The notes under the pieces are model-generated. The model was not told where the DNA came from. It did no database searches and was given only the letters and a program-made list of their open reading frames with translations. A program made the position numbers and the translations under genes. A stretch of 64,000 nt of DNA from Octopus vulgaris (lineage: Eukaryota): NCBI GenBank assembly GCA_951406725.2, contig OX597836.1:20894001-20958000 (forward strand). The letters run 5' to 3'. Within the stretch, counting starts at the first letter, position 1. Every line of letters starts with the position of its first letter. Shown piece after piece: positions 27,694-40,585 of the stretch.

Positions 27694-28080
27694 TCTTTTA
27701 CTTGTTTCATTCATTTGACTGGGGCCATGCTGGAGCACCACCTTAAAGGGTGTTAGTGGAAGAAATCGCCCCTAGGAATTATTCTTTATTAGCCTAGTAC
27801 TTATTCTATTGGTCCCTTTTGCCAAACTCCTAAGTTACGGGACATAAACACACCAGCGTCAGTTGTCAGGCAATGGCGGGGGGAGAGACACAGACACACA
27901 AATATATACATATATATATGATGGGCTTCTTCCAGTTTCCCATACCAAATCCATTTACAAGGCTTTGGTTAGCTGAGGCTATAGTAGAAGATACTTGCCC
28001 AAGATGCTATGCAATGGGACTGAACCTGGAACCATGTGGTTGGGAAGCAAGCTTTTTACCACACAGTCGCACCTGCGCCT
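27694..28080 (-). mobile_element. SINE family A, tail-to-tail with the previous copy
   Basis: Tail tcttttacttgtttca to head cacagtcgcacctgcgcct. Confidence 0.8.
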
Positions 28081-28119
<39 letters not shown>

Positions 28120-28533
28120 TATATATATATTTATATACACATACATACACACACCATTTTATGACAGATTCTATGTGGTTGATCAATCTGCTAGAATGAT
28201 AGCCAAATCTCACTCAAACAACACCCTTACAGTCTTCAAAATGAACAGACACATTGCACGTGTAGGAAAAAAATAGGGCAATCTCAGCAAAAATATCTTT
28301 GATCATAAATCTGCCCAATCAGGGCTAACCATGGACTAAATAACGACAATAACAGTGTATATTATTCTATAGTACAGTTTAGATTCCAAAACATCCAATG
28401 TTTCTACATCAGCAATTTAATGGATTTGGAAATAAAACACCAGCACACACACACACCTTCAATGCCACTTGAGTATTCTCAAATTAGTCATTAATAACCT
28501 CTATAAGTACATCTGCATATATACATGTGTGTC

Positions 28534-28598
<65 letters not shown>

Positions 28599-28679
28599 GT
28601 GTGTGTGTCCTATAACTAGGTTACATATTAATGTGTATAAGTAAAATATATATATATACATATATATTATTCCCTCAAA

Positions 28680-28719
<40 letters not shown>

Positions 28720-29181
28720 CCCGTGCATGCACACATGCACACACACAAACAAACAAACGTACACATGCAAATACAAATAGTCACACGTAAGTATTAATCA
28801 CAAATATCAGAAGTTTGTACCACATGCATGACACATCACACACACACATTACATTCAAACATTCACATGCCTGTATGTGAATCATTGACTGGAGTTTACT
28901 TCTAACATAAACACATGGATAGAAGAAAGAAAAAATATTCAGGTTCTTGTCGGAAATATACAATGAAGATGAAAATATCTTTATAATACACACACGAAAA
29001 AATACCTAATACCCCCTTCACACAAACACACAAGCAGACAAATACTACAAAACACACACACAACTTTGCCTTCATCGAACAGAAAGCGGGAGTAAAAAAC
29101 GTGGTTTGTTAAGCAACGAAAAGGGCAGATGGAAGAAAGGAAGAAAAAGAAATGGAAGTGGAAAGGCTCCCATTTACATAC

Positions 29182-29313
29182 CGGCTCTACCCTAGAAATG
29201 GGTCTGGATTTTCTTGGGCGACCCCTATTCTCTGGTTTCATGAAATACATTGATGCAACAAACAATCCACATATTGCATCATGATAGGATCGGCTGAGTG
29301 GTATATCCATCAT
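29182..29313 (-). CDS. Candidate alternative first coding exon of the MPDZ/Patj-family gene
   Basis: 44 codons (MMDIPLSRSYHDAICGLFVASMYFMKPENRGRPRKSRPISRVEP) end at CCG|GTATGT. Phase 0 matches the acceptor at 929, and there is an in-frame upstream stop at 29479-29481. The sequence is unique and lies in a TE-poor island. No transcript evidence is available. Confidence 0.45.
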
Positions 29314-32019
29314 CGTAATTCGGTTGTAAAACCATTTTTTTTTTGTTTTTCTTTTTGAAGGGGTGGATACTTCTCTGGGTGGGGGGAAGAGGAACGGTAG
29401 GTGGGGGTGTTTTTGTTTTTGCCTTGTTTGTTTGTTTGTCTTGAAGCAGGTTGTTGTGATTTGGGAGATATTTTTGTGTTATTTCATTATTTCCTCCGTA
29501 TTTGCAGGAATATAAACACTTTCCAAACGATTCCACGCTGATTAGATGTTTGGTTAGGTAGGCAGTTAGTTCGTTAGATAGTTATTTACTTCTAAATTAC
29601 AATACCTGAACAACAAACACCATCAACAATAACAATGATGAGAATAGTAGCAGCAGAAGAAATAGTAGTAGTAATAACAGCAACAACAACAGGGATAACG
29701 TTGACAACAATAACAACAATAATTTTATAGAAATTCCAATTAACCCTTTTTACTGACTGTGTTTTGGGGGATTGATTTTTTTTTTTTTGTAGAGTTGTTT
29801 GATTTCTTTTTGTTTGTTTTTGGTGATGATGCTAGCAGTTGTTTTTGTTTTTGACTCCCCTCTCTATCGCTCTCAGTCTGTCTTTCTTTCTTACATAGTC
29901 ATACACCGAAGCTGAGAATTAAATAATGCGGCATGTTCCAAACATCCCAGCAGAACGGAATCACTTTTCTGCTCACTAGAAACAAAATAGACGAACGGCG
30001 AGGACCAAAATATCGGTAAGTTTAGTCGAGGCAAATAGAGCGAGGAAAATAAAAATAAAATATGATAATATATAAAAATGTCTTCTTTTTTTTTTTTTTG
30101 TTTTCTATTAAAGACTAACAAAAATAAATATCACACATGCATGCAATAAGAATACCAGCGATATCAATTTGAGTCTCAAGAAATGATAATTAAATATTAT
30201 TAATAATAATGAAAGAAATAAAAAGAAAATGAATTTCTATGTTGGGTGGGGGGTAAGACTGAGGAATTATGATGGAAAGATTTGATTTAGGAAATAACTT
30301 GTAATCTTTGTTGGTCTACAATTTCTTCTCCAGGCTAAAATATGCATGTCAACTTGACTAGAACTGACATCCATCATCAAACTCATATCTGTCAGTCACA
30401 CTGGGCTCTGCAAGATGATGCCGTGGAAATGGTCCTCGATGGAGGTGGCGGTGGTGGTGGCGGCGGCAGTGATGGCAGCAGTGATGGTGGAACGGAATGG
30501 AATGGAATTAGTAGAATGTGCATGTGTGTGCAAAAAAAAAAAAAAGGGAGCGAAGAAAAGAAGGTGATGAAGTGCACACCCTAAAAGCAAAATAAACACC
30601 GCGACCAAATGGAAACCTCATCGAATTATCAATTGCTCCACATATGACTATGCATGGGAGAATGGGATGAATGGAAATAGAATCGTCTAATTAGCAAGGT
30701 TGTGTTTATTGTTAATTTTCATTCCTTCCCTAACCTTTAATATATACCTTCCCTAACCTTTAATATATATTTATTTATACATTTATTTATTTTTATCTAG
30801 TAAAGTTTAACATTGTTTTTACCACAAAAATTTTCAATTAAAAACAAAATTTTTTTTTAAAGATTTAATTTATTTAAAAAATATTTTATACCTTTTTGTG
30901 TGTATATATCTTTTCTTAAATAAAACTATATTTCCTTTTGAAATTAAATTGGGTGTCATCAAGCTAAAATGAATGTGTACGGGAGAGGGGTATAAGTGGG
31001 TAGATGAGTATGTGTTTGTGTGTGTGTGTATGTATATATATAAAGATAATCAATTAATCAATAGATAAATAATATCATGCTATTTAAATCTAATATAATA
31101 TAAACAAAAAACAAAAAAATCCAAAGAATATTTCAAATTTTTCAAATATTTAGACTCTGCAATTAATTTCCTTGAAACACTTCAATAATATTCATATGGA
31201 AAATTGATACAAAAAAAAAAATAAGGAAGAAAAAAGGTAAAATAATTTACAAAGAGAGAGAGGGAGAGGGAGGGAGAAATGAAGAAAGAAAGAAAAGCAA
31301 ATTTTATTATTATTATTGCCAAAATTATTCCTTTCCCTTCTAGTGTTGGTCAGTTTTAAGACACAACATCAACAATCTGAGAAAGAAAGAAGAAAAAAAC
31401 AATCAATGCCAACTTTTGAAACAAAAGAAATTTGTTGGAACCACAGATTACCATAGAAATCTAGTCTCTCTCTCCCACCTCTCTACCTCTGTCTGTCTGT
31501 CTGTCTGTCTCTCTTTTCTCTGACTCTCTGTCTCTCCTTCTCAACCTCTATTTCTTTATTTGAAACTGTATTCCATGAGTAAAGAATCAACTTAGTAATT
31601 TTACCATTAACAAATAGTGAACACTTAGATCAATAAAAGGGAGTGGAGAGAGAAATGCGGTGGAGTGGAAGTAACATTTTAGCTGCTGATGTAGGCGACA
31701 GTAGCAGCAGCAGCAGCAGCAGGAGCAACCCTTTTTTTGTTTTCTTATTATTATTATCATTATTATTATTCAAACTGTACTGTGACGATACCACAACAAG
31801 CTGTGCAAGAAAAGGCATGGCAGAGAAAAGAAAAGAAGGGGAGATGGAACAGAGAGAGAGAAAAGGAGAGAAAGGAGGAAAAGGAGTCAAGAGGAAAAGA
31901 GAGATTATAAGGTAGTGGAGAGGGAGAGCAATTTTTTTTTTTGTAGCTGGAAGATTGGAGATGGGGAGAATGAAAGAGAGCATTGGAAAGTTTTGAACAA
32001 GCAATTGCTTCTGACTGAC

Positions 32020-32089
<70 letters not shown>

Positions 32090-32206
32090 GCCTCACCTTG
32101 TTATTGTGTTGATTGATAACACCAATGTAGTGTTACTGTTGTTTTTTGACACTCTTGTGGAAGATGATTCTACCAGGAAACAATGGAGAGAGGGAAAGAG
32201 AGGAAG

Positions 32207-32241
<35 letters not shown>

Positions 32242-33190
32242 GAGACAGAGAGAGAGAAAGGAAAATACTAGCAGAATGAGAAAGAGACAGAGAGATGAGA
32301 GAGAAATTAGAAATGGTGATGGAGGAGAAAGAAAAAGAAAGAAAAGGTAAAAGATATTGAAAGGAATGAAGAAAAGTGTATTTGTGAGTGCATGAGTGAA
32401 TGTGAGTATGAAAAATGCATGTGAGTGAGCACATGTGAGTGTGGATGTGTGTGTGTGTGTGAGCTTGTGTGCATGAGTGTAACAGTGAGTATATCTGTAT
32501 GTGCATATGTGTATACACACATGCATGTGTGAGCTTGTGTGCATGAGTATCAGTGAGTGTGTGTGTGCATGCACATGCATGTGCATGTATGTGTGTGTGT
32601 GAACATGCATGTGTCAAAGTGTGTGTGTGAGAGAGAGAGAGAGAGAGAATGAGAAAGAGGAAGAGGAAGCAAGAATACTGACAAAAGGTAATGTAGATGA
32701 TAAATAACCCCCATCTTACATCAAATAAGACCATTTAACAAAAAAACAAAAAAAAACAAAAGAAACAAATGTAATGATGTAATAGGTAGAAGATTGATGA
32801 GGAGAAGAATGAGAACCAAAACATCTCTTACAAAGAAATACCATCATTAGGATCAGCAAAACACCATTTGTTTTAGTCTTTTCATCTGATTTGCTTCTCC
32901 AAAGACTCTTGGGCCATGAACTATTTTTTTTTTTCTTATGTCTACAAAATGGCTTTAACTTGAGGAGAAGGATATAAAGAAAACGAGGAAGAGAGAAGGA
33001 AGAAGAAAAAGAGAAAAATATAGAGATGGATAAAGACAAAAAAAGAACATCAAAAAGTTTCGAATGACCATAAGAGTCTTTTCTGACAGATTTGTCTTTT
33101 ATAAATTTTGCATAAGGTTAGAAATTTGAAAGAGAAAAAAAAATAAAGAAAAAAAAGCCCCAAGGACATAAAAAAAACAACAATAGCAAG

Positions 33191-33518
33191 AAGTGTCTTC
33201 TACTATAGCCTCGGGCTGACCAAAGCCTTGTGAGTGGATTTGGTAGACGGAAACTGAAAGAAGCCCGTCGTATATATGTATATATATATATGCATGTGTG
33301 TGTTTGTGTGTCTGTGTTTGTCCCCCTAGCATTGCTTGACAACCGATGCTGGTGTGTTTATGTCCCCGTTACTTAGCGGTTTGGCAAAAGAGACCTATAG
33401 AATAAGTACTGGGCTTACAAAAAACAGAATAAGTTCTGGGGTCGAGTTGCTCGATTAAAGGCGGTGCTCCAGCATGGCCGCAGTCAAATGACTGAAGCAA
33501 GAAAAAGAGTAAAAGAGT
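33191..33518 (+). mobile_element. SINE family A, young 5'-truncated copy
   Basis: Starts at aagtgtcttctactatagcc and is near-identical to the 14050-14452 copy. Confidence 0.85.
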
Positions 33519-34733
33519 ATATGAACTCATTATTTCTAATAGAGTAATTTACAAGTCTGAGCAAGTCCATAGGTTCTTATGTTTCAATCAGGGACCCCCT
33601 TTTTGGAAATTTTTTTTTTTATCTCATTCTCTCTTTCTCACTCCAAGGTCAAGCCCTGCCTGAAAAATTTGTAAATCCCAATTTTAGAAAAAGGCCTACT
33701 GCATCCCTGCATTATGTCATACAAAGTGGCTATAAGTTTTGACAACAAGAAGGACATCTGGCTATAAAACCCAGCCTCAGAAAAAACTGTCCAATTGATG
33801 CCAGTGTGAAAAAGTAAACAGAAATGTTGTTGGAGGTAATGAAGATGATGATGAAAATGGCGATGGTGATAATGAAGGAGAATCTTGACTGAAACATTAG
33901 AACTTATGTCTCCATCCTACCTCCTCACCTCTTCTGCCTGAACTTCCTTAACTGACTTTTTCACCCATTACCAACCACCACCACTAATTTCATCTACCAT
34001 CTTCCTTATTACTGAGGTTGATTAACCCTAGGTCAGATCTAGCTAAACAGACGAATAAATCTATAATGACAGTTTTATTGAGCTAGTATATTTGTATATT
34101 AAAATCAATTTCTTTCAGGGGAACAAGAATTCCTAATCAACAGAAACTCCTAATTAAGGGTCAACTCCAACAGTACATATTTACTGTTGATGTTGCTATT
34201 TCTTGCTAGTCATCTTCACCAGTAGTAGATGTTGTTGAATCTCAGGCTTAGTCTGGACCCTGCCTGTCACTGAAGGCAATGAAACTACAACCAATTTGTC
34301 TTTTTTTTTTTCCAATATACAATGAACACATGATCACAGTATTCAACTTGTCCTTCTTTTCAAAGATATAGTCTGCGATTTCCAGCAGGTCAAGTGTCCA
34401 TAATGAAGTTCTTTCATTGCTTAATACACTCGGTACATAGCTGGCAATTTTCAGGAAAGGACAGTAGATACCATCAGCCACAGTACTTCACAAGTATTTT
34501 ATTTTACTGACCTTGAAAGACAAAGTTGACCCTAGTGAGATTTGAACTCAAAATGTACAGAGCTGGAACGCATATAGCAAGGCGATTATTCTGATGCTCT
34601 AATGTTGCTGCCAGCTCACCACCCTCACACCTGGATAATAGTAACTTACCACTAACAACAGCAATTATGTAATGTTACACTGACACAACAGAATGAATCT
34701 TACTCTATTTTCCTATTCCGAGATACCCTTTAA

Positions 34734-34953
34734 TTCTTTCATTACCAACCCAACTGAAACCGGCTCTGGCTCTGAGTACAAATGTCTTGTTTTTAAAAGT
34801 TTTGAATAAAAATCTTCCACCAAGCGTTAGTCACAATTTATGTTCCTAACACTAACTGAATGATAACTAAGTTATTTTACTAAATTCTTTGTTATCTTTA
34901 AAGTAATTCAAAGAAACACAGAGCATCTCAAAATAAATACGGTAACGAAAGGG
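34734..34953. mobile_element. piggyBac-type MITE P1 (reverse orientation)
   Basis: Reverse complement of 25774-25989, with TTAA at 34730-34733 and 34954-34957. Confidence 0.78.
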
Positions 34954-35320
34954 TTAATAAATAACTACCCTGGACTCAGAAAGATTAGGTCATTAACAGT
35001 AAAACTTCAAGATGCTCATTTTAAAAATTTTTTATCATTATTATTTTTTTTTTACTTTGCTTTAAAAAAAAGGGTTGTGCCCATTCCCACTTCTGGAGAC
35101 TGAGATTGGCGAAGGGAGACTTCAGCCTAAATACTTGTAACAGAGTGATTGACAGATTATTAAATGAGATTATATGTAGGGATCTGATAAAGACACTAAA
35201 ATGCCAGTTGGTGAGGTTAAACTGCATGATTACTGGATTAAGATCATCTTACAGCAAGTGAGAATTGAGAAAATTTAGGACTTAAAATTCAAACAGATAA
35301 CATATTGGGATTTGCTAAAG

Positions 35321-35468
35321 CAGCCATGGACAAAACTGTAGCCCACAGGATTTTCTGAATGGTATGCCTAACAAAAAAATTACTTTTAATCTTTTTAGTA
35401 GTGCAGCCCACAACATGACAAGCCATGTCTCATGCAGCCTGCTTCTTGAAAAAGATTGTCCATGCCTG
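35321..35468. mobile_element. 148-bp hAT-type MITE
   Basis: TIRs CAGCCATGGACAA / TTGTCCATGCCTG, with 8-bp flanks TGCTAAAG (35313-35320) and TGTTAAAG (35469-35476). An 8-bp TSD is the hAT hallmark. Confidence 0.7.
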
Positions 35469-36193
35469 TGTTAAAGGCACCAGAAGGCAATCTGATGGTG
35501 TGAAACTGGATGGATACAGGATTAAGACTATCTTTCCAACAGCAAGTGAGAATTTGAAAAACTTAAGATTTACAATTAAACCAGATTATATGTTGTATTA
35601 GATATATTTCAGAGACTATTGCCTTCAGCTGTGAAGCGTAACAGATTAAACTCATTGACAACTAGAAGGAACCAGATAGATTCTATGTAAAAATCAAATA
35701 CACATAATGCTGCCAATAGCACAGAGTATGGAAAGGTTTAAAGAAAATTTCTAAAATGAAATGATAACTTTTAGATGGAGTCAGAAATGAAATGATAATA
35801 GCGTTATCAGATTTCATCGACTCAAAACTCAAAATGAAAGCCAAGAACATTCAAGAGGAAAAAAAAAAGTAACAAGAAAGAAAAAAAGAAAAATGTAACT
35901 CTAGATTCAGTTAACCATTAAAAGTTGACTAACAACATGCATTGCCGGGTAGAAAGTAAATTACGTACTCCGATATGAAAAGTGCAATGATTCCAATTTA
36001 GGCAGTTAGAAAGAACTAAAAAAAAAAAACAAACAAAAACAAAAACAAAATTTACTCGCTCGCTTTTAGCTGTTGTTGACACTTTAGCCTGTAGAGATGA
36101 TAGTATCTAGCTATTGATTTGTCCCTGTAGTGTAGATGAAATAGAGAGATGATGGATGATGTCGATGGTGGTGGTGGTGCAGAGAAATAACTA

Positions 36194-36263
36194 GGCCAAT
36201 CCTGCGTTAGCCTTATCGTTTCAAGAATCTAAAGAACTACAACATTACTTTGTCAGCCAATCA
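36194..36263. promoter_or_regulatory. Pair of NF-Y-type CCAAT boxes (possible internal promoter)
   Basis: GGCCAATCC at 36194-36202 and AGCCAATCA at 36255-36263, in unique sequence next to a GA repeat. Motif evidence only. Confidence 0.25.
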
Positions 36264-37504
36264 ATGAAGAGAGAGAATTTTCTGATCAGAAGACATTCTA
36301 AGAATTTCTCGAGGTATTATTATTTGGTTTAAAAACATTGAGCGAGAGAGAGAGAGGCAGAGACAGACAAACAGACAGATAGATAGAGGGAGAGAATAAA
36401 TATCTGATCAAAGACATCTGTTTATATTTAAAATATTCATGGGATAACTTCAGATTTATTGTGATTTGTTTATTTATTTATCATTTTGTTTTTAATGTCC
36501 GACCAATAAATAATAGGGGGTGGAAATAATTGAATTACAGTTTTATTATAATTATTATTTTGTAGGTAGATTTATACAAAAATGCTTTAAAAGTATTTTA
36601 AAAAATTTGTCTCAAAAAGGGAAAAAACATGAATATTTTGTTTTAAAAGAAACTGAAACTTTTTTTTAAAAATAAAAATTGATATTTTCAAATATATTTT
36701 GATGGAAAAAATATCAGTAAATATGTGTATTTATCAAAATTTATCTATATTTATCAATATGTATTTATAACGTGATCAACATGAATTAACTGCTTAAAGT
36801 AGGTTTTGTTTTTTGCTTTTTTTTTTTGTGTATGTAATCTGAAGAAAACATCAGTGGATGATAATCTGCTATAGGAACAGCACAGGAGATTATTATAGGA
36901 TGATCCATACATTTGTCAAACAATATTAAGGGCCCAACTCCACACTGTAGGAAAAGTATAAACATACCAAGAAATGCAGCAGTCAGAACTGGAAGTTACA
37001 AACAGGTTGCAATCAAGGGCATCTTTGCTTTTTTGATTTTTAAGCTCCCTACACAATTAAATTTACGACAATTTCATTATTTTTCTTTTTATAAATTGGT
37101 CATGTGGTTGAAAAGTTTGCTTCAAAACCATATGGATTTGAACTCACTCTTGGTGTGCAGTACCAAAGCCAAGTATCTTCTGTTACAGCCCTGGGCTAAA
37201 TTAACAACATATTGTGAGAGGACATGGTATGCAGAAACTGAGCAGATGTCTGTGCTGATTGTAAACAAATGCTACTGTCATATAAGCAGTGTCATTCATA
37301 TGCAGTCTTTAGTGAAAAACATACCCAGCCATTGTGCTGCTTGTGTTCAAAGGACCAAGAAGAGAAATATTACCAGACTTGGAAACAAGTATCGGTGACA
37401 TAAAGAGCATCTGTTTCAAAAAATTTCATCTGACTTGAACAAGCACGGAAAAGTAAGCATTAAAATGATGATGATGATATATATATATATATAAATATAG
37501 GAAC

Positions 37505-37790
37505 AGGCATGGCCATGTGGTAAGAAGTTTGGTTCCCAACCACATGATTTTGGGCTCAGTCCCACTGTATGGCACTTTGGGCAAGTGTCTCCTGCTATAG
37601 CCTCAGGCTGACCAAAACATTGTGAGCAGGTTTGGTAGATGGACACTGAAAGAAGCCTGTTGTATATGTGTGTGTGTCTTTGTATCTATGTTTGTCACCC
37701 ACCACCACTTGACAACTGGTGTTGATGTGTTTATGTCCTCATAACTTAACAGTTCAGCAAAAGAGACTGATAGAATATGTACCAGGCTTT
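37505..37790 (+). mobile_element. SINE family A, diverged
   Basis: Head ggcatggccatgtggtaagaag..gggctcagtcccactg and body motifs. Confidence 0.75.
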
Positions 37791-40249
37791 AAAAGACTAA
37801 AATTCTTTGAAAGATAAAAGATATATATAAAATCATTGTTTTAACATCCACTTTTCTTTGCTTGCATGGGTCAGATAGACTTTTGTGGAATCAGATCTTT
37901 CTATAACCAGATGCCCTTCCCGATGTCAACCATCATCTGTTTCCAAGTGAGATGTTATTTCCCCATGACCAGACATGTTCTTAACGAAAAATTGTGAACA
38001 AAGGACCCTGTCTGCATAACAGAGATATTCACTTCCAACTACCACATGATATTAAGGCAAGGAACCAGTAAAAAATATACGCACACATATACACAACAAG
38101 CTACTTTCAGTTTCTGTCCACCAAATTTACTCACAAGCCTTTGACCAGCTTGGAGCTATAGCAGAAGACACTTGCCCAAGGTACCCGTGTGTGTGTGTGT
38201 GTGTATGTAAACTGCTTATTTTACTTTCATATTTCCATACTAGGTTGTTTTCAATGAAGATTTATTACTGCAATACTATTTAACAGCTATTTCTGTTGCT
38301 AACTCTTACCTGTTTTTTGAGCAAGGGATTTTTTTTATTCCACGTGTTTTTAAATGTGCAGAGCTACAGGACAAATTTTTAATAGGAAATATAAATATAA
38401 CCTCAACATTTGACTCAAATAATTTCATGAAAAACAGTGACACAAATTGTTTACATTTCATGTTACACACATACAAAAGGAAACTGTATGAAAACTCGTG
38501 TGTGTGTGTTTGTTTCTCTCTCTCTCTCTCTCTATACCTTGTCTTTATGTGATGTTGCTTTTAACATGGCACCAGCACTGGTATCAATTCTGCTGTGACA
38601 GACAAGTCTTCTTGAGTACAGCAATGCACCAGATATCTCAGTCCTTAGCCATGCTTTCATAAGACTCAGATGTTTCTTTGTTTACATCCCCTTTAACTCA
38701 GCAGAGTTCGACAAAATAGGGACCAATAGAATAAATGCCTGTCTTAAAAACATAAATACAAGAGTTGATGTGATTGACATCCCAGTGGCATCCCAGTATG
38801 GCCACAATCCAATGATTGAAACAAGCAGAACATTAAGTTGTTTTAAAACAGTTTGTAAATTCGGATAAACTTGTATGCCATGAAAAGAAGCAAAAGAAAA
38901 ATAAGACAGGGATGGCCTTGGCTGGAAGGCCTTTAATCATACATCTGTTGAATTAAGAATGACATGGGGGTTAAACAACAACAGCACCATCAACAACTTG
39001 CAGTCATATTAAACCTGGATCAAGAAATTTGAATGGCAATTGTCTTAAAGCCATATATTTTTTTTAATGCCGCATCATAAAAAAAGGGGAAGACAACGCA
39101 TCAACGATGACTAAACAGGGAATACAGAGTTCTTGTCATTGATCACAATCATGAAAATTTCCTCTGAGGCAGGAAATTGCGTTTTAAATTCTCTCTTAAA
39201 CCCAGTGAGATTAAAAGAATTTTTTCTTTACTCACTCCACCCATAACAAGCTCTCTCTCTTCGTTCTTGCTGCAGTGACATGCAGAAACCGCACCTACCC
39301 ATCACCTATCTCTCTCTCTTTCTCTCTCCCTTTGTCACCCTATCTAATCTTACCTTCCTATGTATCTATATCTATATCTATAACCCAGTGAGGCACAAGG
39401 ACAGCTCATTTCTTACATCAATACCTAGCAGCACACCACAGATAAAAGCATCCACCAATTACTCAGTTGGCTAGCAATAGCAGCCAAATCTCCCTCAAAA
39501 CACATTCCAATCTCAAAATAAAAAATAAAAAAGATAAATTGGATAATATATTCATATATATATATATATATTTATTTTTATTTATTTTATTTTTATTTTA
39601 TCTAGTTTCAGCTCACGAGCTGTGGCCATGCTGGGGCACCGCCACATATATATATATATATAAACTACACACATACCCCACCCCTAAAACACATGGCATG
39701 GTTACGCCTGCCGAGTCTTTGATCATACGTCTGTTTGATCAGAGTTGAACTGGGACTAAACACACAACAACATAACGCCCTCCCTATCACTCTCTCTCTC
39801 ATCCGAGTGAGCACACTTACTTCCATTCCAGTGAACTGCAGAGTTGTGCATCTCTCCCTCTTTCACTCCATTCCCAAATGCAGTGAGTGGTGCACAGTCA
39901 ATTTCTCTCCCCTCCTACCACCCAAACCAACGATAATCAATGTCAATAAGACATTTAAAGGCATTGGATTGCTAGAATTGGTAAAGCAGCAGCTACAGAA
40001 AATATTTTTAAAAAAAAAGAAAAAAATGCCTTGCAGTGTTTAGTTATGGGCCCTTTACATTCTCAGTTCAACTGTGGGATCAATAAAATAATAAAATGTC
40101 AGTCACATACTGGGATCGACAAGTATTGGGGCCGATTTAATCCACGAGACCCTTGGCCTAGTGTCAATATGAGAAATTAATATGACAATCAAAGAAACAG
40201 TAGGACAGATATAGTTAAACAGGGGTTTCAAGTTCACTGAGTAATATAA

Positions 40250-40585
<336 letters not shown>

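Noticed and set aside
30342-30608. Gly/Pro/Ala-rich short ORFs over the GGC/GGT tract
   Set aside because: Low-complexity trinucleotide sequence without a convincing in-phase donor. Treated as part of the putative regulatory island.
32370-32630. Cluster of TGCATG/CATGCA (Rbfox-type) motifs
   Set aside because: Such hexamers arise throughout the decayed TG/CA microsatellites of this window, so no specific enrichment can be claimed.
36913-37398. 161-aa + strand ORF
   Set aside because: Its 3' two-thirds is a decayed SINE (tggttgaaaagtttgcttcaaaaccat..). No domain or splice support.
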